Origin: Spirochaetota bacterium
GTDB lineage: Bacteria > Spirochaetota > UBA4802 > UBA5550
Direction: 5' to 3'
Length of the DNA: 64,000 nucleotides
Assembly: GCA_024276015.1 (NCBI GenBank)
Contig: JAJRXZ010000090.1
Coordinates: 5,654 to 69,653 of the forward strand
The notes below the pieces were generated by a model. It was given only the letters and a program-made list of their open reading frames with translations. It searched no databases and was not told the DNA's origin. Positions 20,377 to 30,280 of this stretch are shown one piece after another (within the stretch, counting starts at the first letter, position 1; each line of letters opens with the position of its first letter). The translations under genes and the position numbers were made by a program.

Positions 20377-21192
20377 TTATTTTGAAAATATACTTTTAAA
20401 AATAACCATTATATAGAAGAGAGCAACTCTCAGTAATCTCCCTATTCTCCAGGGTTTTGTTATGATCCTGTAAAACCATTCAAGCCCCCTCTCCATAAAG
20501 TAAGCCGGCGCTTTTTTTATTTCGCCTGAAATTGTATCAATGTTGCCGCCTATGCTTATAAAAATAGTATTATTGAATTCTCTTTTTATTTTATAGATCC
20601 ACTGGTCTTCCTTAGGGAATCCAAGCCCCACAAAGATTATATCTGCTTCGGATTTTCTCATTGCCTCAATTACAGATTTTTCTCTGTCCGCGCTGAAATA
20701 TCCTCCGTGCCTTCCTACAATTCTGATCTTTGGGAATGATTTTTTTATATTAAAAAAGGCTTTTTCAACTATTTCCGGTTTTGCGCCTACCATAAATATT
20801 GTGTATTCTTTTATTTCAGCTATTCTGATAATATCCATCATCAGGCTCAGTGTGGGGATCCTTTCCGCAAGCGGAGTTTTAAACATTTTTGAAGCCCAGC
20901 GTATTCCGGCTCCGCTGGCCAGGTGCATATCAGCTGTTTTTGCAATAATATTCAGGTCCGTATTGGACTTTATTCTCATAATTTTGTAAGGATTAAGGCA
21001 CATTACGTGGTGGACTTTACCCGAGTTGATCATTTTGATAATTTTTGCAATTGCCTGAGTTCTGCTGATATTATCAATACCGGTACCTAAAATATTAATA
21101 ATTGCGGTATTTTCTATATCTATCTGGTTATACTCCAGAACAAGGTCTCTCTCCTCTTTATAAGAGCTGTAATAACTGGAATCGTCAGACAT
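20377..21192 (-). CDS. WecG/TagA/CpsF family glycosyltransferase
   Basis: 271-aa ORF. The pattern VGLGFPKEDQW ... GGNIDTISGEIKKAP ... GLEWFYR is typical of glycosyltransferase family 26. Confidence 0.85.
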   Translation of the reverse strand: MSDDSSYYSSYKEERDLVLEYNQIDIENTAIINILGTGIDNISRTQAIAKIIKMINSGKVHHVMCLNPYKIMRIKSNTDLNIIAKTADMHLASGAGIRWASKMFKTPLAERIPTLSLMMDIIRIAEIKEYTIFMVGAKPEIVEKAFFNIKKSFPKIRIVGRHGGYFSADREKSVIEAMRKSEADIIFVGLGFPKEDQWIYKIKREFNNTIFISIGGNIDTISGEIKKAPAYFMERGLEWFYRIITKPWRIGRLLRVALFYIMVIFKSIFSK

Positions 21193-21222
21193 GAGGCTTC
21201 TCCCTTTTATACTGCTGTTATG

Positions 21223-22509
21223 CTACTGCATCTCATTTCTTTTTATTGCGCAGAATTCGCCGCACATTGAACAGAGACTGTCGTCGCCGGAGGGCATTTC
21301 CGATCTGACACGTCTTGCCTTATCTTCATCAATAGAAAAGGAATACATCTTTTCCCAGTCGAGCTTCTTCCTTGCCATAGACATATTGTCATCCCATTTT
21401 TTTGCTTTATGACCCAGTTTAACTATGTCGCCTGCATGCGCCGCGATCTTTGATGCTATTACTCCTTCTTTAACATCTTCAATATCGGGAAGCTTCAAAT
21501 GTTCGGCCGGCGTTACATAGCAGAGAAAGTCGGCTCCTTCGGATGCTGCAATGGCTCCGCCGATTGCCGATGTTATATGGTCATAGCCGGGCGCAATATC
21601 GGTAACAAGAGGTCCCAATACATAATAAGGGGCGTTATCGCAGAGTTTTTTCTGAAGCCTTATGTTGTCAGCTATCATGTTTAAAGGCACATGTCCCGGT
21701 CCTTCAATAATTGCCTGAACTCCCTTTGCTCTTGCCCGTCTGGCCAGTTCGCCAAGAAGTATCATCTCATGAACCTGGCCTCTGTCATTGGCATCATTAA
21801 TTGCCCCGGGTCTGAGGCTGTCGCCAAGGCTGATGACAATATTATATTCTGCCAGAATATCGAGTATCTCGTCATAATACTCATAAAGAGGGTTCTCTTT
21901 TTTATTAAGCGCCATCCATTCGGCAAGGATTGAGCCGCCTCGGCTGGTTATCCCGATAATCCTTTTCTGCGATTTGAGCGATTCAATGGACTGGAGGGTT
22001 ATTCCGGAGTGAATAGTCATAAAGTCCACGCCTTCTTCTGCCTGTTTCTGCACAACATTCAGAAAATCCTTTATTGTCATATCCATTATGGATTTTTTGT
22101 TTCTGGTCATTTCAACGGCAGTCTCGTACAGGGGGACAGTGCCGAGAGGAACAGATGACTTTGCCGTAATTTTTTTTCTGAAATATGATATATCGCCGCC
22201 AATACTGAGATCCATTATTGTGTCTGCTCCGGCTTGAATTGCTGCATCAAGTTTTTTTAATTCCGTTTCAAGGTCGAAAAAGTCTGGCGATGAACCGATA
22301 TTGGCGTTCACTTTTGTCTTCAATCCTTTCCCCACGCCCACAGGGTTAATATTTCTTAAAGTGTTTTTAAATATGGCTATCTCACCCTCTGCAAAACGGC
22401 TCATTACATGATCAAGAGGCAGATCTTCTGTTTCAGCTATAAATTCAACTTCAGGAGATGTTTGGTTATTTTTTGCTTTCTTAAATATATTCATTTTTTT
22501 TCCCGGCAT
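21223..22509 (-). CDS. thiC: phosphomethylpyrimidine synthase ThiC
   Basis: 428-aa ORF with ThiC blocks throughout and the C-terminal Fe-S motif CSMCGEFC. An alternative start is the ATG at 22494. Confidence 0.95.
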   Translation of the reverse strand: MPGKKMNIFKKAKNNQTSPEVEFIAETEDLPLDHVMSRFAEGEIAIFKNTLRNINPVGVGKGLKTKVNANIGSSPDFFDLETELKKLDAAIQAGADTIMDLSIGGDISYFRKKITAKSSVPLGTVPLYETAVEMTRNKKSIMDMTIKDFLNVVQKQAEEGVDFMTIHSGITLQSIESLKSQKRIIGITSRGGSILAEWMALNKKENPLYEYYDEILDILAEYNIVISLGDSLRPGAINDANDRGQVHEMILLGELARRARAKGVQAIIEGPGHVPLNMIADNIRLQKKLCDNAPYYVLGPLVTDIAPGYDHITSAIGGAIAASEGADFLCYVTPAEHLKLPDIEDVKEGVIASKIAAHAGDIVKLGHKAKKWDDNMSMARKKLDWEKMYSFSIDEDKARRVRSEMPSGDDSLCSMCGEFCAIKRNEMQ

Positions 22510-22758
22510 TGCGGATTAAATTTACTGTAATAGAACAGCAACTGGAATAATATGGATTATTCAGACTGATGCTTGCCAGTGTCAATAATAATTCTCTTTA
22601 ATATTATAAAATTGAAATAGACTGAGAGATATTTGCAGGAAGATTAAAGTGATATTAATAAAAAAAACTTCTTCTCAATAAAAAATAGTTGCATAATTGT
22701 TTTGAAGGATTAAAAGAACTCCAATTCTCTGGATCCTATAATTAAAAAAGGCCCTATT

Positions 22759-23547
22759 ATGAGCAGGTTCGAAGATATAGTTAGATTGATCGAATATGAT
22801 TATAATAAGAATGTAATTATTGAACCCCAATCGAGACTCGGCTTTTTAAAAGAGATAATAGCTCAATCTGTTAAAAAGCATAAACCTGCGGTAATCGTTA
22901 AGGCTGGTCTGGGAAATTCCGGGCTTGCAGCTTCCATTGCCGAAGAAACAGATTCATTATTGGTAATTGTTGAACCGTGTCTTAACGTAATTAATAAATT
23001 CCGTGAAGAGTATAAAGAAAAAAGCTTTTTCTCAGGAATAAAAATTATTAATGGAAATTTTGACAAGTTTCCGGTTGATTATTATTCGGCAGATATGCTT
23101 ATATGTCTTGACATACTCGATTTCGTCAATTCGGCCGCAGTGATTGATGAATTTAGGCTCGCACTGAAATTCGGAGGGTACTTTATCCTGGGAGGTCTGC
23201 TTCTTCATGATGATGATGCGGAAGGAGTATTTGACGATCTGATGAGAAGTATATTTCCGCTTCACACGGATTATTATCCGGAAAACGATCTGAACACGGT
23301 TATGAATCTCAATGAGTTCAGCCTTCTGGACAGCAAAATTGAAAGTGTCCCTCTTGACCTGGCCATGAGACATGAATATTTCTGTAAACTTTTTGGGAGT
23401 GAGGCCGGGGATTTTAAAAAATTCATTGAAGAGCATATTGAGGAATTTAGTAAATTATATAAACTGAAAGGAGCAACTATTAAGGTCCCTTATTTTACAG
23501 GACTCTTTATAAGAAGAAAACCCGATTTTAACAATACTAAAATATAA
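22759..23547 (+). CDS. class I SAM-dependent methyltransferase-like protein
   Basis: 262-aa ORF with Rossmann-like motif I VIVKAGLGNSG, an acidic end of strand 2 (LVIVEP), and LICLDILDFV / LKFGGYFIL. Weak family-level call. Confidence 0.45.
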   Translation: MSRFEDIVRLIEYDYNKNVIIEPQSRLGFLKEIIAQSVKKHKPAVIVKAGLGNSGLAASIAEETDSLLVIVEPCLNVINKFREEYKEKSFFSGIKIINGNFDKFPVDYYSADMLICLDILDFVNSAAVIDEFRLALKFGGYFILGGLLLHDDDAEGVFDDLMRSIFPLHTDYYPENDLNTVMNLNEFSLLDSKIESVPLDLAMRHEYFCKLFGSEAGDFKKFIEEHIEEFSKLYKLKGATIKVPYFTGLFIRRKPDFNNTKI

Positions 23548-23641
23548 GTTCTTTATTTCTTTCGCTTGACATAAATTACTCCCTTTAATTTCTATAAATG
23601 AACATTATTTGCCGGATATTGTAATAATTGAGATTTATCAG

Positions 23642-24910
23642 ATGAAATATATTGTTAAAGCATCTCAAATAAAGGGTGAAATAGATATTCCCGCATCAAA
23701 GTCGCATACGATCAGAGCTCTTGCCTTTGCTCTTCTTTGCAGGGGAGAATCAATAATTGAACATCCCTTAGATTCTCTGGATACCAGATCCTGTGCTGAA
23801 ATGATTGAAAAATTCGGGGCAAAAGTAAATGTAGAAAGAAATTTGTGGCAAGTAAAAGGAGTAGGTAAGGATCTTCCTGTCCCGGATGATATTATTGATG
23901 TCGGCAATTCCGGCACTTCTCTCTATATAGGTATGGGGATTGCTTCTTTAATAAATGGTTATACGATATTTACAGGAGACCATCAGATAAGAAACAGAAG
24001 CGCAGAGGGATTGCTGAAATCTATAAATGACCTGGGCGGGGAAGCTTTTTCCTCCGGAAATAACGGCAAACCCCCTCTGGTAATAAAGGGGCCCGTGAAA
24101 GAAGGCGTAACTTCAATTGAAGCGGTTACGTCACAATACTTGACTTCGCTCTTAATTGCAGCTCCCATGTCAGGGGGAAATATCAGAATTAGAGTTCCCT
24201 TGTTGAATGAAAAACCCTATGTTGCAATGACATTAAGATGGCTTGATAAACTGGGCATTGAGTACAGGAATACTGATTATAAAGAATTCTATATAAAGGG
24301 GAATCAGAATTATAGGCCATTTAAAGAATACATCCCTGCCGATTTTTCATCTGCCGCATTTTTTATGGTTGCCGCTGCAATAACGGGCGGAGAAGTCAAT
24401 CTTAAAGGGCTGGATTTCAATGATTCTCAGGGGGATAAGGAAGTGGTTAAAATACTGGAAAAGATGGGAGCTTCTGTTGAGATCGGCAAAAGGAATATCA
24501 AGATTAAAGGAGGAAAGCTGAGGGGCGGGACCTTTGATCTCAATGCCATTCCGGACGCGTTGCCTGCTCTTTCAGTGGCAGCGGCTTGTGCCGAAGGGGA
24601 AACAAGGCTTATAAATGTGCCTCAGGCAAGATTGAAGGAAACCGACAGGATAAGCGTTATGTCCATGGAATTGAGCAGGATCGGTGCTGATATTGAAGAG
24701 CTGGAGCACGGTCTGGTAGTAAGAAAAAGCACTCTGAAAGGAGGAGTGTTGAATGGCCATGGCGACCACCGTGTAGTAATGGCCCTTTCCGTTGCGGGAC
24801 TTTGCTGTGAAGATGGGATTGAAATTGATACTGCCGAATCGGTTGCTGTGACTTTTCCTGATTTTATTGATCTAATGAGAAAAACAGGCGCGGATATAGA
24901 AAAAAAATAG
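23642..24910 (+). CDS. aroA: 3-phosphoshikimate 1-carboxyvinyltransferase (EPSP synthase)
   Basis: Track ORF starts at TTG 23609, but the ATG at 23642 gives the usual N-terminus. Motifs KSHTIRAL, GNSGTS, RLKETDR and GDHRVVMA are present. Confidence 0.95.
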   Translation: MKYIVKASQIKGEIDIPASKSHTIRALAFALLCRGESIIEHPLDSLDTRSCAEMIEKFGAKVNVERNLWQVKGVGKDLPVPDDIIDVGNSGTSLYIGMGIASLINGYTIFTGDHQIRNRSAEGLLKSINDLGGEAFSSGNNGKPPLVIKGPVKEGVTSIEAVTSQYLTSLLIAAPMSGGNIRIRVPLLNEKPYVAMTLRWLDKLGIEYRNTDYKEFYIKGNQNYRPFKEYIPADFSSAAFFMVAAAITGGEVNLKGLDFNDSQGDKEVVKILEKMGASVEIGKRNIKIKGGKLRGGTFDLNAIPDALPALSVAAACAEGETRLINVPQARLKETDRISVMSMELSRIGADIEELEHGLVVRKSTLKGGVLNGHGDHRVVMALSVAGLCCEDGIEIDTAESVAVTFPDFIDLMRKTGADIEKK

Positions 24911-24920
24911 GAGATACGGT

Positions 24921-25328
24921 ATGGCTGTGAGAGGAGTACGGGGAGCTACAACAGTAGATTCCAATTCTAAAGAAGAAATATTGACAAAAACCGAAGAATT
25001 AGTTAAAGTGATGATCCATAAGAATCAGATAGAAATGGAGGATATAGCATCGGCGATCTTTTCCGTTACCGAAGATTTAAATGAGGAATTCCCTGCTGTT
25101 GCAGTAAGGCGGCTCGGATGGATATATACGCCTCTTTTATGTACAAGAGAGATCCCTGTAAAAAATAGTCTTAAAGGATGTATAAGGGTGCTTCTGCATG
25201 TCAATACTGAAAAAAGGCAGGAGGAAATTGTCCATGTGTACCTTTACGGAGCAAAAAAACTCAGGCCCGACCTTGACAGCGGAGTTGATGACAGATACTA
25301 TACTTCAGAGATCAGCAGCGCAAGATAA
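24921..25328 (+). CDS. aroH: chorismate mutase, AroH class
   Basis: 135-aa ORF with the hallmark AroH N-terminus VRGVRGATTV. AGGAG SD lies 7 nt upstream, directly after aroA. Confidence 0.85.
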   Translation: MAVRGVRGATTVDSNSKEEILTKTEELVKVMIHKNQIEMEDIASAIFSVTEDLNEEFPAVAVRRLGWIYTPLLCTREIPVKNSLKGCIRVLLHVNTEKRQEEIVHVYLYGAKKLRPDLDSGVDDRYYTSEISSAR

Positions 25329-25360
25329 TCGGGGAGGGGAAGCCGGTCAGGGGATATGAG

Positions 25361-26134
25361 ATGAAAAGGAATCACCTAAAATTTTTTATATTGATCTTAT
25401 TATTATTGTGTGCCCTTTATACTTCATCTTTTTCGCAGGGTACAAGAAGAATTGAGGTCAACGCTCAGGCAATTCTGGCAAGAGTTGACAAAATTCTTGA
25501 ATACCCCAGGGGACGGATACGGGGCAGAATGAAACATATTAAGCCCAATGGCATGTCCTATTCTGTTGACGTAACGGCATATATTGCCAAAGACGATTTT
25601 CTTTTTATTTTCAGCAGCCGGGAGAGGGGCGACCAGCTTAAAGTCCTTTATAATCTGGGGGGAGAAGATATATGGGTTTATAATATACATTCGGTAAAAC
25701 TTTATCATAAGATAGGCATTGACAAATACGATCCTCTCTTTTTGTCAAACTTCTACTATATCGATCTTTCGAATGCCGACTTACAGAGCAATTATACTGC
25801 TGTGCTGGTTGGTACTGCCTTTATCAAAGGGTACGATGCTTACAAACTCAAGTTAAAGCCCATTTTCAGAGCCGGAGGATACGGCAGACTTACTCTTTAT
25901 GTAACAAAGGATGACTTTGTCCCGTTGAGAATAGATTATCATGACAGGGATAATGTGATCTTCAAGTTTTTGACTATTGCAAAAGTGAGGAAAAAGAATA
26001 ACAGGATAGTCCCTGTGAGATATGATATGATGAATATCAGAACCGGCACCATATCCATACTGTCCTTTTTCAGTTTCGACAGCAGCATAAGGTTTGATAA
26101 ATCGATTTTCAGGTCCGAAAGATTGGGAGAGTAA
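25361..26134 (+). CDS. outer-membrane lipoprotein-sorting (LolA-like) protein
   Basis: 257-aa ORF with a signal peptide. Overall pattern resembles LolA_like/outer membrane lipoprotein-sorting proteins. Confidence 0.55.
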   Translation: MKRNHLKFFILILLLLCALYTSSFSQGTRRIEVNAQAILARVDKILEYPRGRIRGRMKHIKPNGMSYSVDVTAYIAKDDFLFIFSSRERGDQLKVLYNLGGEDIWVYNIHSVKLYHKIGIDKYDPLFLSNFYYIDLSNADLQSNYTAVLVGTAFIKGYDAYKLKLKPIFRAGGYGRLTLYVTKDDFVPLRIDYHDRDNVIFKFLTIAKVRKKNNRIVPVRYDMMNIRTGTISILSFFSFDSSIRFDKSIFRSERLGE

Positions 26135-26138
26135 TTTT

Positions 26139-26882
26139 GTGCCTCAATTTTTTGTAAGTTATTCTGATAAAACAAAAAATGCCTATTACATCAGAGGAGA
26201 AGACTATTATCATCTAACGAGAGTGAGGCGTATAAAAAAAAATGACATAATTAATCTTCGCGATGATAAAGGCGCCCTCATAATTTCAAAAGTAACCGAT
26301 ATAACCGGTGATCATGTTGAAGCAAAGGCTCTTTCAATCGAAGAGAATAATTCCGTCCCTATTAAACTGATTCTTTGTCAGTCTCTTATTAAAGGAAAGA
26401 AATTTGATATGGTTGTTCGGAAAACCGTAGAGATTGGAGCCGCAGAGATTATACCCGTAGTTTCCGAAAGAACCGTAAAAGTGCCCGGCCAAAGGATGAC
26501 GGCAAAATCGGACAGATGGAACAGAATAGCTTCTGAAGCTTCCAAACAGTCTATGAGAGACTCTATTCCGCAGGTTGGCGAGCCTGTGCTTTTTAACGAT
26601 CTTGTAAAACAGAAGAATGACGGCATAAAGATCCTTGCCCGTCCCGGAGCCGGAAATAGTATACGAAATTTTTTCATGGAAAATACTTCTGCTGTCAGGG
26701 GGAGCAATGCGCCGGTATATATTCTGGTGGGCCCTGAAGGAGGGTTTACCGACAGAGAGATAGAAGATGCCGAAATGAACGGGTGGATCAGCCTGAGTTT
26801 CGGCTTTACTGAAATGAGAGCGGAAACGGCAGCTATTGTATTAACTTCAATTATTATTTATGAATGGAGTGCGAATATATGA
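26139..26882 (+). CDS. rsmE: 16S rRNA (uracil1498-N3)-methyltransferase RsmE
   Basis: Track ORF starts at 26094. The GTG at 26139 (GGGAG upstream) gives the typical PQFFV N-terminus. C-terminal SPOUT motifs LVGPEGGF and LRAETA are present. Confidence 0.85.
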   Translation: MPQFFVSYSDKTKNAYYIRGEDYYHLTRVRRIKKNDIINLRDDKGALIISKVTDITGDHVEAKALSIEENNSVPIKLILCQSLIKGKKFDMVVRKTVEIGAAEIIPVVSERTVKVPGQRMTAKSDRWNRIASEASKQSMRDSIPQVGEPVLFNDLVKQKNDGIKILARPGAGNSIRNFFMENTSAVRGSNAPVYILVGPEGGFTDREIEDAEMNGWISLSFGFTEMRAETAAIVLTSIIIYEWSANI

Positions 26883-27076
26883 AGATTATTTTAAACGGCA
26901 AAGAGATAGATTTCAGGGGCAAAACCCTTCTTGATCTGATTACCCTGTATAATTTAAATAAAGATACTATTGCAGTGGAAAAAAACGGCGAGATAACTCA
27001 CAGGGATAATTACAACAGCGAATTGTTAAACGAAGGAGACAAGGTGGAAATTGTAACCTTTGTGGGGGGAGGTTAG
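26879..27076 (+). CDS. thiS: sulfur carrier protein ThiS
   Basis: 65-aa product MKIILNGKEI... ending in GG (FVGGG). ATGA overlap with the rsmE stop. Confidence 0.85.
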   Translation: MKIILNGKEIDFRGKTLLDLITLYNLNKDTIAVEKNGEITHRDNYNSELLNEGDKVEIVTFVGGG

Positions 27077-27135
27077 GTACAATAGCAGAGTATCTCCGGT
27101 AATTATTGGGCATTTGCTCTGATGGGAAGATGTTT

Positions 27136-28182
27136 ATGGATAAAAAAATATATGCTGCAATTGATGCAAATATAAACCGTGCAAAGGAAGGGCTGCGGGT
27201 CTGTGAAGATATATTGAGATTTATCCTGAACTCCGGGTATTCGGTATATTTTAAGGAATTCAGGCACCAAATTGCAGAACTCTCAAAGTCAATACCTAGA
27301 CATCTTCTGCTGAACGGCAGGGATGTTAATGAAGATTTACAGAAATTTACCGATCTGAAAAGCGAAATGCATCGTGATTCAGCTGAAGAACTTTTTACTG
27401 CCAATATCAATCGGGCCGTTGAAGCTGTGAGGTGCCTTGAAGAACTGATGAAAACCATTGAAAATGGCCGATCTCAAAATATGCAAAAACTGAGATTTTC
27501 ATTGTACGATATAGAGAAAAGGATCTTTAACTCTAACGTTATTGGCAGAAAGATCAATAAGATGAGAAGATCCCTCTACGGCATTCTTGATTCGGAGTTT
27601 GTTCTTAAGGGCAATTATCTTCATTTTGCCGAAAGATTGATCAGGGGCGGTGTTTCTGTCATTCAATTAAGAATGAAAAATTCTCCTCTTCCCCTTATTC
27701 TGGATACTGCAAAAAAAATATCCTCATTATGCAGAAAAAGTGAGGTATTATTTTTTGTAAATGATCATCCTCATATTGCCTATCTTTCAAAGGCCGACGG
27801 TCTTCATCTGGGGCAGGATGATCTGCCTCTTCCCGAAGTAAGAAAGATATTGCCCGAAACAATGCTGATAGGAATTTCCACTCATTCTCTGGAAGAAGCA
27901 ATTGCCGCATCAGAGTACCGGCCCGATTACATAGCAATAGGGCCTGTTTTTTCTACTGAGAGTAAAAACGGCAGCCCCTTAAAGGGCATTGGTACTGAAA
28001 TTGTTGCAGATGTAAAAAAAAGGGTTGATGTTCCGGTGGTTGCTATAGGAGGGATCACTGCTGAGAATGCTGAAAAGGTGAGCGGCACAGGATGTGATTC
28101 CGTTGCTCTGATCTCGGCGCTTTATAAAGACAATGACATTGAGAATAACTGTATTGAGATGATCAGGAAGTTGAAGTGGTGA
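27136..28182 (+). CDS. thiE: thiamine-phosphate synthase ThiE with ~150-aa N-terminal extra domain
   Basis: The C-terminal half has ThiE motifs (VIQLRMK, ADGLHLGQDD, IGISTHS, YIAIGPVF, VVAIGGI). The N-terminal helical domain is not part of minimal ThiE. Start is uncertain among TTG 27106, ATG 27130 and ATG 27136. Confidence 0.85.
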   Translation: MDKKIYAAIDANINRAKEGLRVCEDILRFILNSGYSVYFKEFRHQIAELSKSIPRHLLLNGRDVNEDLQKFTDLKSEMHRDSAEELFTANINRAVEAVRCLEELMKTIENGRSQNMQKLRFSLYDIEKRIFNSNVIGRKINKMRRSLYGILDSEFVLKGNYLHFAERLIRGGVSVIQLRMKNSPLPLILDTAKKISSLCRKSEVLFFVNDHPHIAYLSKADGLHLGQDDLPLPEVRKILPETMLIGISTHSLEEAIAASEYRPDYIAIGPVFSTESKNGSPLKGIGTEIVADVKKRVDVPVVAIGGITAENAEKVSGTGCDSVALISALYKDNDIENNCIEMIRKLKW

Positions 28183-28427
28183 AAAAAAAGAGTTATGAAA
28201 AAATGCTGTCTGAAAGGAACAGATTGAGAGAAGAGTGGAGACTGGTAAGAGAAAAAAGGCTGAAACTTAAAGAAAAAATGCTTACTGCAGGGAATGACAT
28301 TCATTCCATACGAAAAGACAGAGAGTTTAGAGACCTGAGAAAAAAACAGCGCCGACTTTCGCTCTTAATTAAACACCTGGAAAGAAGGATTAATCGAAAA
28401 CAATACTTTAATGATACAAAAAAATGA
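28176..28427 (+). CDS. hypothetical basic coiled-coil protein
   Basis: 83-aa Lys/Arg/Glu-rich ORF with a GTG start overlapping the thiE stop. Its 3' end overlaps the radical SAM gene by 17 nt. Confidence 0.35.
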   Translation: MVKKKSYEKMLSERNRLREEWRLVREKRLKLKEKMLTAGNDIHSIRKDREFRDLRKKQRRLSLLIKHLERRINRKQYFNDTKK

Positions 28428-29697
28428 CAGAGAGATCACTCTTGCATATTCGGATCTGCGGGGCAATGTATATGATTATCCCGGGATGGAACCGGTTTTC
28501 AGAAGCGGCAGAAAATATGTGAGAGTTGATAAGGATGATCTTATTGAACTGCCTCCCGGAAGCTGTCTCTATATGCTGCCCGGAAGATTTCCGATGTTCT
28601 ATAACAGCAAAAACAGAGATTTTAATTATTTAACTGTTTCGCCCCAAGGATATGATATTAATGCAGTATCATCTTTTCTGGCATCCGGATATTTAAGGAC
28701 TTTTCTTCCGGGATATATTAAGGATGACGGAGCTCCTCTGCTTCCAATGTGGGCATACTGCGGAGTTGTAATCGCAGAGGAAAAGTTCTATGTTCCTGCA
28801 ATCCGTATTGACGATGACCCCCGTTCTGACCCTGCGATCCATCAGGATCATGAGGAACTCAGCGCGGCTGTTGCGGAAATGAAAAAAAGGTACCCTAAGA
28901 ACAGGCTGATACATCAACTGGCAAAATGTTCTGTGGAATATTCATGTCTGTGCGCCGGGAATTTTTTTCTGGGAAGATATGAAGCTCCTGTGCCCACATC
29001 GCCTTCATGCAATGCAGAGTGCATGGGCTGTCTCTCTTATCAGGAAAGCGGTTCGGGATTCCCTCAGTCACAGGAGAGGCTCAATTTTAAACCGACGCCT
29101 GATGAAATAGCGGAGGTAATTCTTCATCATATAATTAATGTTGAAAGATCCGTAGTGAGTTTCGGCCAGGGCTGCGAAGGTGAACCTCTCACAAGAACAG
29201 ATGATCTTGTAAAGGCTCTGTCAAAGGTGAGGAAGAAAACAGAGAGGGGCACAATCAATATTAATACAAACGGGTCAATGCCTCAAATGGTGAAAAAACT
29301 TATAAAGGCCGGAATAGATTCAATAAGAATAAGCCTTAACTCATCTACGGAAAAGTATTATAACAGATACCATCGTCCCGTGAATTATACTTTTGATGAC
29401 GTTAAAAAATCGGTTGAAATATCCATAGATTCCGGTATATTTACATCCGTAAATCTCTTTTTTTTGCCCGGTTTTACCGATTCGGAAAGCGAAATCAATA
29501 GCCTGACAAAATTTCTTAACCAATTTCCTGTGAATATGATACAGACACGAAATCTGAACATCGATCCGGACTTTTATCTGGATAGTATCGGTTTTAATGA
29601 TTGTGAATCTTTGGGCATTTCCAACCTGCTCCGTTATCTGCATGAAAAATATCCCCATTTGCAGTTCGGGTATTACAATCCTTCTGTTGAGAAATAA
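28411..29697 (+). CDS. radical SAM protein with N-terminal uncharacterised domain
   Basis: 428-aa ORF with a canonical CNAECMGC (C-x3-C-x2-C) motif at about residue 200 and a GQGCEGEP glycine-rich SAM motif. The first ~190 aa match no family I recognise. Confidence 0.75.
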   Translation: MIQKNDREITLAYSDLRGNVYDYPGMEPVFRSGRKYVRVDKDDLIELPPGSCLYMLPGRFPMFYNSKNRDFNYLTVSPQGYDINAVSSFLASGYLRTFLPGYIKDDGAPLLPMWAYCGVVIAEEKFYVPAIRIDDDPRSDPAIHQDHEELSAAVAEMKKRYPKNRLIHQLAKCSVEYSCLCAGNFFLGRYEAPVPTSPSCNAECMGCLSYQESGSGFPQSQERLNFKPTPDEIAEVILHHIINVERSVVSFGQGCEGEPLTRTDDLVKALSKVRKKTERGTININTNGSMPQMVKKLIKAGIDSIRISLNSSTEKYYNRYHRPVNYTFDDVKKSVEISIDSGIFTSVNLFFLPGFTDSESEINSLTKFLNQFPVNMIQTRNLNIDPDFYLDSIGFNDCESLGISNLLRYLHEKYPHLQFGYYNPSVEK

Positions 29698-29781
29698 TCT
29701 TGACTTTATTATCTATTCAATAAAATATACACTCCTTTAAATTTTTGCACCCGCTATAATAAGAATAAAGGGAGTATTTTC

Positions 29782-30195
29782 ATGAGTAAAGATATTGATC
29801 CTGTTAAATACGCAAAGGAGATCGTAGGATGTGACCCCTTCGCATCTTATCTCGGTATTCATGTAGAGGAAGTGAAGGAGGCTTATGCCCTCTGTTCCAT
29901 AACTATTATGCCTCAGCATCTCAATGCAGTGAACAGAGCTCACGGGGCGCTGGTTTATGCCTTATCGGATCAGGCACTGGCAGTGGCTTCTAATTCGATG
30001 GGGTATTCTGCCATTGCATTGAATTTTAATATTAACTATATATCAGGCCCCGCAGACGGAGAAAAGATCTATGCCGAAGCTAATCCTGTTAATATCGGAA
30101 AGAAGATCAGCGTGTGGAAAGTTAATGTTACTGATTCGGAGGGCAAACTTATTGCAAGCGGCGAAGGTGTGGCCTATCATAAAAAATTCAAATGA
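29782..30195 (+). CDS. PaaI-family hotdog-fold thioesterase
   Basis: 137-aa ORF with the pattern HLNAVNRAHGALVYALSDQALA ... GKKISVW, typical of PaaI/YdiI thioesterases. Confidence 0.75.
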   Translation: MSKDIDPVKYAKEIVGCDPFASYLGIHVEEVKEAYALCSITIMPQHLNAVNRAHGALVYALSDQALAVASNSMGYSAIALNFNINYISGPADGEKIYAEANPVNIGKKISVWKVNVTDSEGKLIASGEGVAYHKKFK

Positions 30196-30280
30196 AACCG
30201 GAGGAGATAATTTATCCTTGACATAATTTACAGAAATGTTGTTAAATATTTTGTTAATTCAGTGACTTTTTAGGTGCAAT

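Noticed and set aside
22510-22640. Possible TPP (thi-box) riboswitch in the thiC leader on the minus strand.
   Set aside because: I found no CTGAGA ... ACCTGATCTGGATAATGCCAGCG-type thi-box on the minus strand. The leader holds only a candidate TTGACA-18 nt-AATAAT promoter and a hairpin (ACTGG...GAATAAT-ccat-ATTATTC-CAGT). The CTGAGA at 22622-22627 is on the plus strand and has no matching 3' half. A cmsearch with RF00059 would settle it.
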